Below are positions 25,066 to 37,640 of a stretch of 64,000 nucleotides of DNA, one piece after another. The notes beneath the pieces were generated by a model that was not told where the DNA came from, did not search any database, and saw only the letters and a program-made list of their open reading frames with translations. This DNA is from Octopus vulgaris (Eukaryota), in contig OX597836.1 of assembly GCA_951406725.2 (NCBI GenBank), forward strand, positions 38,688,001 through 38,752,000, read 5' to 3'. The stretch's first letter is position 1, and each line of letters begins with the position of its first letter. The position numbers and the translations under genes are program-made.

Positions 25066-27482
25066 TGTATCTATAGGATGAAGAAGGCGGCGAGCTGGCA
25101 GACACGTTAGTGTGCCGGGCGAAATGCTTAGCAGAATTTCGTCTGTCGTTACGTTCTGAGTTCAAATTCTGCCGAGGTCGACTTTGCCTTTCATCCTTTC
25201 GGGGTCGATAAAGTACCAGTTTCACACTGGGGTTGATGTAATCGACTTAATCTCTTTGTCTGTCTTTGTTTGTCCCTCTATGTTTAGCCCCTTGTGGGTA
25301 GTAAAGAAATATATACCTATAGGATGATGGACTCTCCTGTCGTTAGTTGAGGTATGCGGGTTCAGACAACTTCTAACTGAACAACCACACAGATGATTTA
25401 TTTGTAGTAATCAAATGTTTGTGTAGACACAAGGTCACTCACCTCCATCAGATAGACATTATCTGTACAGGTGCAACGCGGCGTGCCACACTTCAGGTGT
25501 AGAAATGACTGCAGAGGAACGTGAAATGAAGTGCTTTGCTCAAGAACACAATATAACGCCCGGTCTGGGAATCAAACCCACGACCTCGCAATGGTGAGTG
25601 CAATACTCTAACCACTAAGCCATGCCCCTATATATATATATACAAGGCTACAAAATGTAAATTTATATATACTCTTTTACTTGTTACAGTCATTTGACTG
25701 CAGCCATGCTGGAGCACTGCCTTTAGTTGAGCAAATCAACCCCAGGACTTATTCTTTGGAAGCCTAGTACTTGTTCTATCAGTCTCTTTTGCTGAACCGC
25801 TAAGTTACGGGGACGTAAACACACCACCATCGGTTGTCAAGTGATGTTGGTGGGACAAACAGATACACACACACACACACGCATACATGTATATGGTTGG
25901 CGTTAGGAAGGGCATCAAGCTGTAGAAACTCTGCCAGATCAAGATTGGAGCCTGGTGCAGCCATCTGGCTCGCCAGCCCTCAGTCAAAATCGTCCAACCC
26001 ATGCTAGCATGGAAAGTGGACGTTAAACGATGATGATGATGATGATGATATATATACATATATACAACGGGCTTCTTTCAGTTTCCATCTACCAATTCCA
26101 CTCACAAGGCTTTGGTCGGCCCGAGCCTATAGTAGAAGACACTTGCCCAAGGTGCCACGCAGTGGGACTGAACCCGGAACCATGTGGTTGGTAAGCAAGC
26201 TATGCTATATGTTGATTATATATACATACGTATGCATATACATACACACACACATATATAGTATAATTCTACATAATGCAGAATATATATATATATAGTA
26301 TAATTCTACATAATGTAGTATGTATGTGTATATATATATATATATATAAAACATACATACATATTATATAGCATGAAACTGCATAAGTACATATTATACA
26401 TATATGTATGTGCATATATAGTATAGAGCTATATAATGTAGCTGATGATGATGATGATGTGCGCGCAAGAGAGGCTATGGCTCCAAAGTGTAGTTAAAAA
26501 AAGTTTATTTTATTATGAGCACAGGAAAATGATGCATCACCATAGCAGTAATATTTCTTAGCGTTGTACTAAAAGAAGAAGCATGAGGAGGAGGAGGAAG
26601 AAGGGGAGGAGGAGGAGGAGATTGGTAGATTTCTGATACGTGAATTTGGTTTTAGAGTTAGAAGGCTGCAGTAGTTGCTGTTGACGAAGTGGTTGCGGTA
26701 GTAGTAGAAGTAGTGTTTTGCAATAAGAATCGTCGCCGTCGTTGTGTGCGTGTTAGTGAAGTTAAAAAAAAAAAAGAGAGAAAATATATATATATATATA
26801 TATATGAAAACAAATATATAAAATGAATCTTTTATTATTTCAAGGTTTCCGAGTGGGATCCTTTCATTCGACAGGATTTTTTATTATTATTAGCGTGAAT
26901 TGAAGGATATTGTAATAGAATAGTCTTAATTTATTATCAGCCAAGCAAGCTAAAGACAATGTATGTTTAGTAGTTGGTTATTACACAACTTGTTAGAGTG
27001 TTACTGAAGAGGTTAGCAGTCGTAGAAAACCAGCAGTAGTAGAAATAAACGGTAGTGGTAGTTGCAGGTGCTTTTCTTACTGTTAGTAAGAAATATTGGT
27101 AAATACTTGTTTTTTTTTTTCGGTTTGGTTTTGCACAGAAGGGAAGAAAATGGAAATAAAGGCGAGATAGTAAAAAAAAAAAATGATATATTTAAAAAAA
27201 AAATAAAAGTATATATGCGATAAATTTTCACTCGTGATTTAAAAATAGAAAATTTTGTCGTGACTTATGTAGTAGTTAAAATGTATGTATTTAGATGATA
27301 ATAATAATAATAAGTAAAAGAAATAATAATAGTAAAAAGACTAACATAAAATCACGTGTCGGAAAGCTTGTGGGAGTAATTGAGAGAAAATGTGTGGGCG
27401 CCCCACACGAGGATTTCGACATGTCTTTAACGTAGGAAATTACACGCGCGCTATTAGGTGTGCGAGAGCGTATATGTACGTG

Positions 27483-27514
<32 letters not shown>

Positions 27515-27974
27515 CGTATATATTATATTATATATGTTTATATATATATTACACGTGATACCCAAAAGATGCGTGGGCGTGCTTCGAGGTGTGTATTTTT
27601 GTTTTTTCAAAAAAATTTCGGTTCTTAATATAAAATGAACGTCGCCAAGCGAAGAACTACACGTATGTGTAGGCTGTACTAACATCGTCGCTAGGTGACA
27701 GCCGTCTGTTGTGAGGCAAGGAGGATTGCCATGAAATCATTTAAGAGAAAGCTAGAAGAAAATGTTGAACAGGTGTAGCTAATCAATGAATGTTTTACTG
27801 ATAATCTCGGCACTTCGATAACACTAGAGGGGTTTCCGTTTTCTTTTTTTTTTTTTTTTTCTTCTCCCTCTTTTCTAGACTCAACATCAACTAGGAGCAA
27901 CGAGGATGTTTTGTTCTGCCTTTATTAAGTTCTCACTCTAAAAATATGTAATAATTTCCGTCCTTCTCTCTCAC

Positions 27975-28060
27975 CTGAGAGCGAACCCTCTCTCTCTCTC
28001 CTTCTGCTCAACTCAATATCGAATGTCGTTTGATTGCTTTAATCTCGTTAATAGCTAGAG
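27975..28060 (-). promoter_or_regulatory. Candidate non-coding first exon/TSS region of a leftward gene
   Basis: Minus-strand CAG|GTGAGA donor at 27975/27974 inside a SINE-free, CpG-retaining block (~26.5-28.1 kb); no downstream coding exon identified; 5' boundary is a guess. Confidence 0.3.
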
Positions 28061-28151
28061 CAAGGGAAAATAATTAGCTATTTAGAAATGAAAGATAATT
28101 ATGGTATCGACTCCGATGAGAAAGGTTTCGATGGAGTTAAAATTGAATAAA

Positions 28152-28610
28152 TAATGGTTCCAGGTTAAGATACAATGCCCGAAATTTTAAGGGGAAGCGG
28201 GTTAGCAGGGGCTACCGACTGTTGATTGAGTGGTTCTTAATTTTAAACAATGCCCGAAATTTGAAAGGGAAGCGGGTTAGCAGGGGCCACCGACTCTGGT
28301 GATTGAGGGGTTCTTAATTTTATAATGGTTCCAGGTTAAGATACAATGCCCGAAATTTGAAGAGGAAGCGGGTTAGCTGGTGCCACCGACTCTGGTGATT
28401 GAGGGGTTCTTAATTTTATAATGGTTCCAGGTTAAGATACAATGCCCGAAATTTGAAAGGGAAGCGGGTTAGCTGGTGCCACCGACTCTGGTGATTGAGG
28501 GGTTCTTAATTTTTTAATGGTTCCAGGCTAAGATACAATGCCTGAAATTTGAAAGGGAAGCGGGTTACCTGGGGCCACCGACTCTGGTGATTGAGGGGTT
28601 CTTAATTTTA
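28152..28610 (+). repeat. Tandem array of ~96-bp units (5 copies, one truncated), derived from the end of an antisense SINE A
   Basis: TAATGGTTCCAGG starts at 28152, 28323, 28419 and 28515; the last unit runs into TTTTATCGACCC...AAAGTTGACC of family A. Confidence 0.9.
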
Positions 28611-29229
28611 TCGACCCAGGAGGAATGAAATGCAAAGTTGACCCCGGTGAGATTTGAACTGTAATGATTTCAAATTTTTACACAATGCCAGCAATTTTGG
28701 AGGTGGAGTAAGTCGATAAGTACCAGTGTTTAACTGGTACTTATTTTATCGCCCCTGAAAGGATGAAATGCCAAAGCAACATTTTGTCCGACGCACTAAC
28801 GATTCTGCCTATCTATCGACCTTACTTATTAACATTTGCATGTGCCCAGAAGTTTTGAAGGGAGGCTAAATCGATTATATCGATCCCAGTACTTTGGTAT
28901 TTTATTTGGTCGACCTATAGGATTGCGTTTTGTCCAACATAAGCAATTATGGAAGGATCAGCGGATGGGTATATATAGGTGGCAGGATTCCCTATTGTCC
29001 GGTTAAGCCTTATTTTATCGACCAGAGATATGGAAGATGAAAGTAACTCGTGTATCCACGAGTATTAATAATGGTAGTGGGTTTTTTAGGCGGACACCAC
29101 CCGTTTTCAGCGTAACCCTAACCCTAAACATCGGATGTGCATATTCTTTACCTGTCCAGAGATGAAATCTTTTCAAGTGATATGCATATATGTGTGTGTG
29201 TGTGTATATATATATGTGTGCATATATGT

Positions 29230-29420
29230 GTAAAGTTAATCCAAACAAGAAAGCACAAAAAAACACAACAACGCGAGGACGTGGAACAAATATAGTATTA
29301 TTGGACGCTCAGGAAAGAAGGGAAGACGGAGGGTTTAACGTTTCGAGCGGAGCTCTTCGTCGGAAACATAGGAGAAGGGAAGACAGAGGAAAATATCGCC
29401 AACGGTACACACGAGGTCAC
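29230..29420 (-). mobile_element. Penelope-like pLTR fragment with a minimal hammerhead motif (CUGA mutated to CCGA)
   Basis: Minus strand GTTT-CCGACGA-A-GAGC-TCC-GCTC-GAAA-CG-TT-AAAC; same family at 56330-56520. Confidence 0.7.
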
Positions 29421-29867
29421 ATTTTATATATGTGTGTGTGTGTGTGTGTGTATGTATATATGTGTATATATAAATATATATACATTTATATATATCTTCG
29501 TGAGTGATTAATGAGTGATTTGATTTTATTACTCATGAAGACGGCGAGGTGGCGTTTCTTCCGGTTATTTACGTTCTGACAGAGTTCAAATCCAGCCGGT
29601 GTCAGAGATCGATATAATCGACTAACCCCTACTCCTCTCAAAATTGTTGGCCTTATGCCAAAATTTGCAATAATTACTAATAACGTGGATTAAACTTCTT
29701 AAATACCAGAGAATTTATAGATGTCTGTCACTTCTTCATTACGACCCATACTGAAAAATTAACAATCAGGGACGGATAGAAGCCTTAAGCACTTGAAAGA
29801 TTTTGGTGTCCCCATATATTTGCCATTCTAAATGGTAACGATAAATAAACCATAAAATAAATATTTG

Positions 29868-30263
29868 GGATCTTTTCGGTTTGAACGGCAGTTTTTTTTT
29901 AAATGATTTCCACGTAACTAAACACTTTTAAACTTCGTATACTGGTAGAATGTGTTTATAAAACATCTTTTTCTCTTGGCTTTATTGAGAAAATTCTATA
30001 GTTTGTAAGATATTTGTTGTTTTTATTTTCTTCACTTTCTGCAATTTCAACCAATCAGTGACGTCTATTGAGGTAAAAAAAAACATTCTGTGCCGTATGA
30101 ATATGTCCCTCGTTTAAGAAACAGATTGGGTTTATTAACATTTGTGAAGAAAAATGATACCCTTCCCCCACCCAGCCCTAACCCTAAAACAGATTGAAAT
30201 GCAATAGATCGATTCTAGGGTTATAATTATGGGTGACAATTTCATATGACACCGAAAAGATCC
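29868..30263 (+). mobile_element. GGATC-TIR non-autonomous element, copy 1
   Basis: TIR GGATCTTTTCGGTTTGAACGGCAGTTTTTT (right TIR partly deleted); 11-bp duplication ATAAATATTTG at 29857-29867 and 30264-30274. Confidence 0.9.
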
Positions 30264-30370
30264 ATAAATATTTGTTTCAAACCGAAAAGATCCATAAATA
30301 TTTGTTTCAAACCGAAAAGATCCATAAATATTTGTTTCAAACCGAAAAGATCCATAAATATTTGTTTCAA
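30251..30370 (+). repeat. 4 x 30-bp perfect repeat ACCGAAAAGATCCATAAATATTTGTTTCAA (element end plus flank)
   Basis: Read directly from the sequence. Confidence 0.95.
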
Positions 30371-32565
30371 AATGAAACAAAACAGATGGAAAATAATGTT
30401 TCTTTCTGTATATAATTCCACTTGATTTATATTTGAAAAGTTTTCTCCTATTTTCCTTTTTTTTTAATTGCAAAATCTTTGATCAGATCCTCATTATGAC
30501 ACCATGAACACTTTAAATAATTCCGATAATAATAAACCACTCCGAATATTAATTTAGCAAGTTTAAAGTGATTTTTGTTTTTGTGCCATAAACCATTTAC
30601 AATTTCTGTGATGTGTGTGTATGTGTGTCCTGCTACCCCCACCACCACCACCACTTTTGCTTAACGGTTAATCCAGCGCTGGTAACAATTTCTAATCTAA
30701 ACATGATTTTAAAAGACTAGCAAAATTATGAAACTTCAGATTCACTCGCCTTCTGCTGAGTACATACGCGTGTGCGTAAATAATAGTACCTTAACCTGAA
30801 CATTGAGTATTCTAGTCACAAAGACACACAATTATATATAAGTAGGTGAATGAATTATCCTATGTTTATCGTCAGCATGGAAAATTCGTTTAACCGAAAC
30901 CTGGGTAGCAAATTCACGTCAGAAAACACGGTTGAGAAGATTGCATAATGCACCCTTTATTCCTTCGGAATGAAAATATGCTGTCTTCGAAACATGTGTC
31001 GAGAGTAAAGGAATTTTGTTAACATCTTCGTTCGACTCCATTCTTTCATTTATTCATATATATATACTTTTATTCTTTTACTTGTTTCAGGCAATTGATT
31101 GTGGCCATGCTGGAGCACCGCCTTTTAGTCGAAGAAATCGAACCCCGAACATATTCTTTGTAAGCCTAATGCTTATTCTATCGGTCTCTTCTGGCGAACC
31201 GCTTAGTTACTTCAGATGTATTTAGTGCAAGAAACAATTAAGTTTCTTCCTCTCGTATTTTACGTAGTTCGATATGTTTCTAACCGCTGAAACATGTTCT
31301 AGAGAGCTGTTGCAAACCTACGCAAGCGAAAGTGTGAAATACATATTCATATTGACAAGTAGAGATATGGTCTGTGAAAACTCCATTATATATAGTTCTC
31401 TCTCTCTCTTTGTGTGTGTGTTATATACATGCATACACATATACATACATATACTCTATATACGCGCACATATATACATATACATAGGAATTCTGAAAGA
31501 AGTCTCTATAAAAAACTTGTTTTTAAACACCGACTGGTTATGGGAGATCTACCAAAATAAAATAATAATCCAAGGGGTTCGTAGATAAAAAAAAAAGGTC
31601 TAGAACCACTACTATAGATAGACGTTGGATGTACAGAATCATCAGAACATGGGGCAAAAATGAATCTATTTGTGGCTCTTTTACGTTGAAATCCCTTCGA
31701 GATCAACTCCGTCTATCAAATAAATTACCGGTCAAATACTTGAGTCGATTTACAATCCTACAATATATCCTAAATATGAGAGAGATTATAAAATAGGTAA
31801 GCTCCAGTTTCTATAGACATTGCATTAAATGCCTTTTTCTCTCCGTCTGTGAACTGAAACATTCACCTATACAACACACATACCACTCCTAACGCCATGG
31901 ACTATGTTGCATAAAATAAGGCTTGTACTGCTTATTCTATCGGTTCTTCTGGCGGACCGCTAAGTTACGAGGACGTAAACACACCAAAACCGGTTGTAAA
32001 GCTATGGGTGGTGGGTAAACACAGACACACACACACACATATATTTATATATACTCTTTACTCTTTTATTTGTTTCAGTCATTTGACTGCGGCCATGACT
32101 TATTCTTTGTAAGCCCAGTACTTATTCTATCGGTCTCTTTTGCCGAACCGCTAAGTTACGGGAACGTAAACACACCAGCATCGGTTGTCAAGCAATGCTA
32201 GGGAGACAAACACACACACATACATATATACATATACATATTTACGACAGGCTTCTTGCAGTTTCCGTCTACCAAATCCACTCACAAGGCATTGGTAGGC
32301 CCGGGGTTATAGCAGAAGACACTTGCCCAAGATGCCACGCAGTGGGATTGAACCCGGAACCATGTGGTTGGTTAGCAAGCTACTTACCACACAGCCACTC
32401 CTGTGCCTATATATATATATAAAACTTACTGGAAAAGGATGCGTGGCGTTCGATCATATAATATATAAATATATGCATATATACATACACATATGTACAT
32501 ATGTGTCGCCATGATAGATCGTTAGCCACTACACACATTTTTTTCTCTCCTTGTTTTTTCTGTGT

Positions 32566-32605
32566 CCCTCTCTGTAGAAGAGCGTAGGCTCGAAACGTAA
32601 AAGAC
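32566..32605 (+). ncRNA. Minimal hammerhead ribozyme-like motif in a pLTR-type repeat (~32420-32700)
   Basis: CTGTAGA-A-GAGC-GTAG-GCTC-GAAA-CG-TA-AAAGA; core deviates from CUGANGA at one base. Confidence 0.55.
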
Positions 32606-33031
32606 TTATTTCTATTCCTGAGCGTTAAACTAATACATCTGTTTGTTTTGTACACCACCTGTCTTCGTCTTTTGTTTTTTTTTCATAAACTCTCCCTATT
32701 TACATACCAACATATATATGTATATGTACATGCATATATGGGTACAAGATATCAAAAAAAAAAAAAACGTTGAACACAATGAGAAACGAAAATATAAAGA
32801 CATGGAAACGAACCACAGCTAAAAGTACAACTACAAAGTCAAAGAAACTTGTAAAAACTTTAATATGATGAGGATTTACATATATGTATCTGTATGTAAT
32901 ATAAGGGAAATATCCGCAATAGATATTGCATGCTCCAATCATGCAACCATGGGTTCATCATATACAAAGCTAATGTTTACATGAATTTCTCATTTTCATC
33001 TCCCTATTTCTTCGCTAAAAGTAGAAGTCAG

Positions 33032-34147
33032 AGATCTTTTCGGTTTGAACGGCAGTTTTTTCTAGCGGTGTCATATGAAATTGTCACCCATAATTATGAC
33101 CCAAGTATCGATCTATTGCATTTCAATCTGGGTTAGGGTTAGGGGTGGGGGGAAGGGTATCTTTTTTTCTTCACAAATGTAAATAAACCCAATCTGTTTC
33201 TTAAACGAGGGACATATTCATACGGCACAGAATGTTTTTTTTTACCTCAATTGACGTCATTGATTGGTTGAAATTGCAGAAATCGAAGAAAAAAAACAAC
33301 AAATATGTTACAAACTATAGAATTTTCTCAAGAAAGCCAAGAGAAAAAGATGTTTTATAAACACATTCTACCAGTATACGAAGTTTAAAATTTTTTAGTT
33401 ACCTAGAAATTATGTTAAAAACAGCCGTTCAAACCGAAAAAATCCGATTTTGGAGTCCCCACAAGCAAACTAGTGAGCAGGCCAATCACAGAAGTATTTT
33501 AAGGGTCCACGAATGAAATTTTGCTTCAGATGTATTTAGTGCAAGAAACAACTAAGTTTCTTCCTCTCGCATTTTACGTAGTTCGATATATTTCTAACCG
33601 CTGAAACATGTTCTAGAGAGCTGTTGCAAACCCACGCAAGCGAAAGTGTGAAATACACATTCATATTGACAAGTAGAGATATGGTCTGTGAAAACTCCAT
33701 TATATATAGTTCTCTCGGATCTTTTCGGTTTGAAAGGCAGTTTTTTAAAATAATTTCCACGTAACTAAACACTTTTAAACTTCGTATACTCGTAGAATGT
33801 GTTTATAAAACATCTTTTTCTCTTGGCTTTGTTGAGAAAATTCTATAGTTTGTAAGGGATCTTTTTTTCTTCACAAATGTAAATAAACCCAATCTGTTTC
33901 TTAAACGAGGGACATATTCATACGGCACAGAATGTTTTTTTTTACCTCAACAGACGTCATTGATTGGTTGAAATTGCAGAAATTGAAGAAAAAAACCCTA
34001 CAAATATCTTACAAACCATAGAATTTTCTCAATAAAGCCAAGAGAAATAGATGTTTTATAAACACATTCTACCAGTATACGAAATTTAAAATTTTTTAGT
34101 TACCTGGAAATTACGTTAAAAACTGCCGTTCAAACCGAAAAAGATCC
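33032..34147. mobile_element. Composite GGATC element: copy 2 (33032-33445, -), 271-bp cargo, foldback copy 3 (33717-34147)
   Basis: Outer ends flanked by a 69-bp direct repeat, 32963-33031 and 34148-34216, with 5 mismatches. Confidence 0.85.
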
Positions 34148-34934
34148 TACAAAGCTAATGTTTACACGAATTTCTCATTTTCATCTCACTCTTTCTTCTC
34201 TAAAAGTAGAAATCAGATATTAAATCGTTCATCAATGTCAACAGTGGATGTGTGTGTGTGTGTGTGTGTTACCGCTTCGCTATGTTTAGAGAGGAGGTAA
34301 TACAAGCATTAATATCAAATTATTACCTGGCGGGCAACAGGCACATCAAATAATGTTGTATGGCCCAGGTCAGGCCAGATCAAAGTCAAGCAGATCTATT
34401 ATTGATCGAAGGCACTCTTTTAGCGAAGCCTATCCCATATTCGTTTTTCATACACAGTAGAAAATTCGGCTGTTGTCTCTAGTGGATCGATAGATCACTT
34501 AGTACTACCAGGGCTGAAATATGCAAATAAATGCATAGTGGCCACATCTGTGCTGAGAAACTTCAATCATTGTTTTCGTCTTCAAGCTTATGATTTCAAA
34601 TATGATGGATATGGAAGAGAAATTGCCCGCAGCCCTACCCTGTACAACATCTATTGTTGATTTTATCTGAAATAAGGTTTCAGCATTAGGAAAAATGAAA
34701 CTCAAGTACTTTCACCGAGAACGAGAAAGGTCGAGATGACCCTTTTTCCGTAATTACAACTCTAAGTATTCTGTAATATAACCCTAAGTATTGCGCACAA
34801 GATATACACATTCATATTGACAGGTAGAGACATGGTCCGTGAAAACTCCATTATATATAGATCTATGGATTTGTGTGTGTGTTATACATGCATAGACACA
34901 TATACATACATATACTCATATACGCGCACATATA

Positions 34935-35526
34935 TACATATACACATACGTATATATATATATACACGTATATATATATATACACAGATACACATACATA
35001 CATATATACATGCATATATATACACGCACGTACATATATATATATATACACGTACATACATACATGCATATATATACACACGTACATATATATATACACG
35101 TACATACATACATACATGCATATATATGCACACACGTACATATATATATACACGTACATACATACATGCATATATATACACACGTACATACATATATATA
35201 CACACGTACATACATACATATATACACGCACGTACATATATATATACACGTACATACATATATATATACACGTACATACATACATGCATATATATACACA
35301 CACGTACATATATATATACACGTACATAAATGCATATATATATATACACACACGTACATACATACATATATATACACACACGTACATACATACATATATA
35401 TACACAAACACACACATATATATATGTATGTATATATATCTATATATATATATATATATATAAATATATACACACACACATTTATCACCACTTAAAAGTG
35501 GATGTTGTGTCAACAATACACACACG

Positions 35527-35566
<40 letters not shown>

Positions 35567-35600
35567 TACACGTACATAACAATACACACACACACACGTG
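34935..35600 (+). repeat. Complex TA/CA-derived minisatellite with recurrent CACGTACATA units
   Basis: Read directly; accounts for the many YIYT/VCMY pseudo-ORFs. Confidence 0.9.
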
Positions 35601-35938
35601 TGTGTCTGTGTGTGAAAAAGATCGATAATGGATATTGAAACGCAACACTGGCACATTGCTTACACAAGGTGAATTGTTCTTTCACGCTACGAACATTCGA
35701 CACTCAAGTCTCTATAAATTATTTTCAGCATTTGAACAGAGTCAATCGAGTCTCACAATAAATGGGACACGTGTTGCTTAGCTCCCGGTCAGTTCTGATC
35801 CAGAAAAATCTATGGTTAAATATCTTCTCTGTAAACCGTGGTTCTCAACCATTTGTTTGTCTATGGACTCATTTAATTCCTATTTCACTCAACTGACCCC
35901 CTTGTTAATTATATTTTCACAACCAAATATTATAATTG

Positions 35939-36354
35939 GGATCTTTTCGGTTTGACCGGCAGTTTTTTAAAATAAATTCCACGTAATTAAACACTTTTAA
36001 ACTTCGTATACTGGTAGAATGTGTTTATAAAACATCTTTTTCTCTTGGCTTTATTGAGAAAATTCTATAGTTTGTAAGATATTTGTTGTTTTTTCTTCTT
36101 CAATTTCTGCAATTTCAACCTATCAGTGACGTCTATTGAGGTAAAAAAACAACATTCTGTGCCGTATGAATATGTCCCTCGTTTAAGAAACTGATTGGGT
36201 TTATTTACATTTCTGAAGAAAAAAAAGATACCCTTCCCCCACCCCTAACCCTAAAACAGATTGAAATGCAATAGATCAATACTAGGGTCATAATTATGGG
36301 TGACAATTTCATGTCACCGCTAGAAAAAAACTGCCGTTCAAACCGAAAAGATCC
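35939..36354 (+). mobile_element. GGATC-TIR element, copy 4 (full length, 416 bp), inside a hAT-like MITE (~35836-36490)
   Basis: Both 30-bp TIRs present; flanking duplication ambiguous (AAATATTATAATTG at 35925-35938 and 36381-36394). Confidence 0.9.
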
Positions 36355-37261
36355 GTAAATTGTATATAAAAATATCAATTAAATATTATAATTGTATTTA
36401 AAATATTTTGTGTCTTGTAGACTTATAACCAATTCCTTTAACAAAATGTTATAGGACCCCGCCAGGGGTCATATGGACTCCAGCTGGAGTTCATTATCTA
36501 ATGTGGTCGATCTTTTAAAGATAGTGTTTGATTTAGATGTTATTTCTAGCAGGTCGAGTTTCTTTCGCTTCAGATCTGATCAGCCAAATGTAGACTACGT
36601 GGCCGCAAGACATGCTTGAAATAAGAGCCAAGTTTCTCTCAAATTACATTACACATACAATAGGACATATTTGTATCGTCTAATCGAACATTAACTTTTG
36701 AAAAACAAACACTGGATGATCTCGCCTGGAACACTGCTGACCAGAGATCTGCTGATTCAGCGCTAAGCCGGAGCGAAACAACAAAGGCGGAATATAATTT
36801 ATTCTAATCCGAAATACACTATTTGTATAAAAGGTGGAATAGTTACAAACATGCCTTAGAATGACTACTGGATTAGTCTTGGAAAGCTACACGAGATAAT
36901 GTAGACTTTAGATACACCATGTTTGAATAACGGAATAGTCGTACTGGAAATAGCTTTGATCAATAATCTACTGGATCAAAGATGACCTGGGGTTAAACAA
37001 CAACCTCGTTGATTATATAAAGGGTGGCCAGATGCAAGTATTTTATACACACACACACACGTGTGTGTGTGAAAATGTGAGGGATATATTATCTGGATGG
37101 ATACCGTATTAGCTCTCAATTAAGTTCCAGTTAACGGCTAACCACAAAGATCAATATCTAACGTCTGTGACTACAATTAATTGTTAATCACTTCGTGAGT
37201 TTTCCCGATGGGTAATTCCGTGTGCTCTTCACTGGACGGTAAAAATTGTCTGAAGTGCATA

Positions 37262-37294
<33 letters not shown>

Positions 37295-37299
37295 GATAT

Positions 37300-37571
37300 A
37301 ATATATATATAAAAATACAAAATGGGACAAGAACGCAAAACATTCAAATAGACAATACAAAAAACGGACGGGTCATTCGAATCCTCTAATCTTCAGTCAA
37401 GAACCGGATCATCCTCGCAATTTCGGCTGATTAATCTTGAGATTGCTCCGATCTGGCCAGCCCCAAGGAAAAACTAAGCTACGAGCATTAGATTTCTTGG
37501 GAAAAGGATCGAATGTATACGAAACAAAACAGAAAAACGGACGATGTTACACGAATATAAATACAAAAAAC

Positions 37572-37605
<34 letters not shown>

Positions 37606-37640
37606 GGACAAAAACAACAGGCGTCTTTCGACTTTATACA
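37300..37640 (-). mobile_element. Penelope-like pLTR-type repeat with a decayed hammerhead; opposite-strand copy at 63750-64000
   Basis: 37415-37515 is the reverse complement of 63895-64000; minus strand CTGAAGA...CGAATGAC. Confidence 0.5.

Larger units (their letters stand above)
29767..30682. mobile_element. Old hAT-like MITE hosting GGATC element copy 1; second copy at ~49950-50880
   Basis: Decayed CAGGG...TTAATCCAGCGCTG ends; collinear similarity between the two copies. Confidence 0.5.

Noticed and set aside
26520-26760. Low-complexity minus-strand reading frames (poly-S/T/L)
   Set aside because: No start or splice support, and stops in all frames; more like UTR or intron simple repeats
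29113-29127. Interstitial telomere or chromosome fusion scar (TAACCC repeats)
   Set aside because: Only 2-3 units; other occurrences in the window are internal to MITEs
30251-30370. CRISPR-like 30-bp repeats; also the 112-bp and 96-bp arrays
   Set aside because: No unique spacers and no cas genes in a eukaryotic context; the units derive from adjacent transposon ends
34817-35703. Long overlapping ORFs (up to 263 aa) rich in Y/I/H/T/V/C/M; similar ones at 13385, 58400-59950 and 61338
   Set aside because: Translations of TA/CA/TG microsatellites, open on both strands; not credible genes
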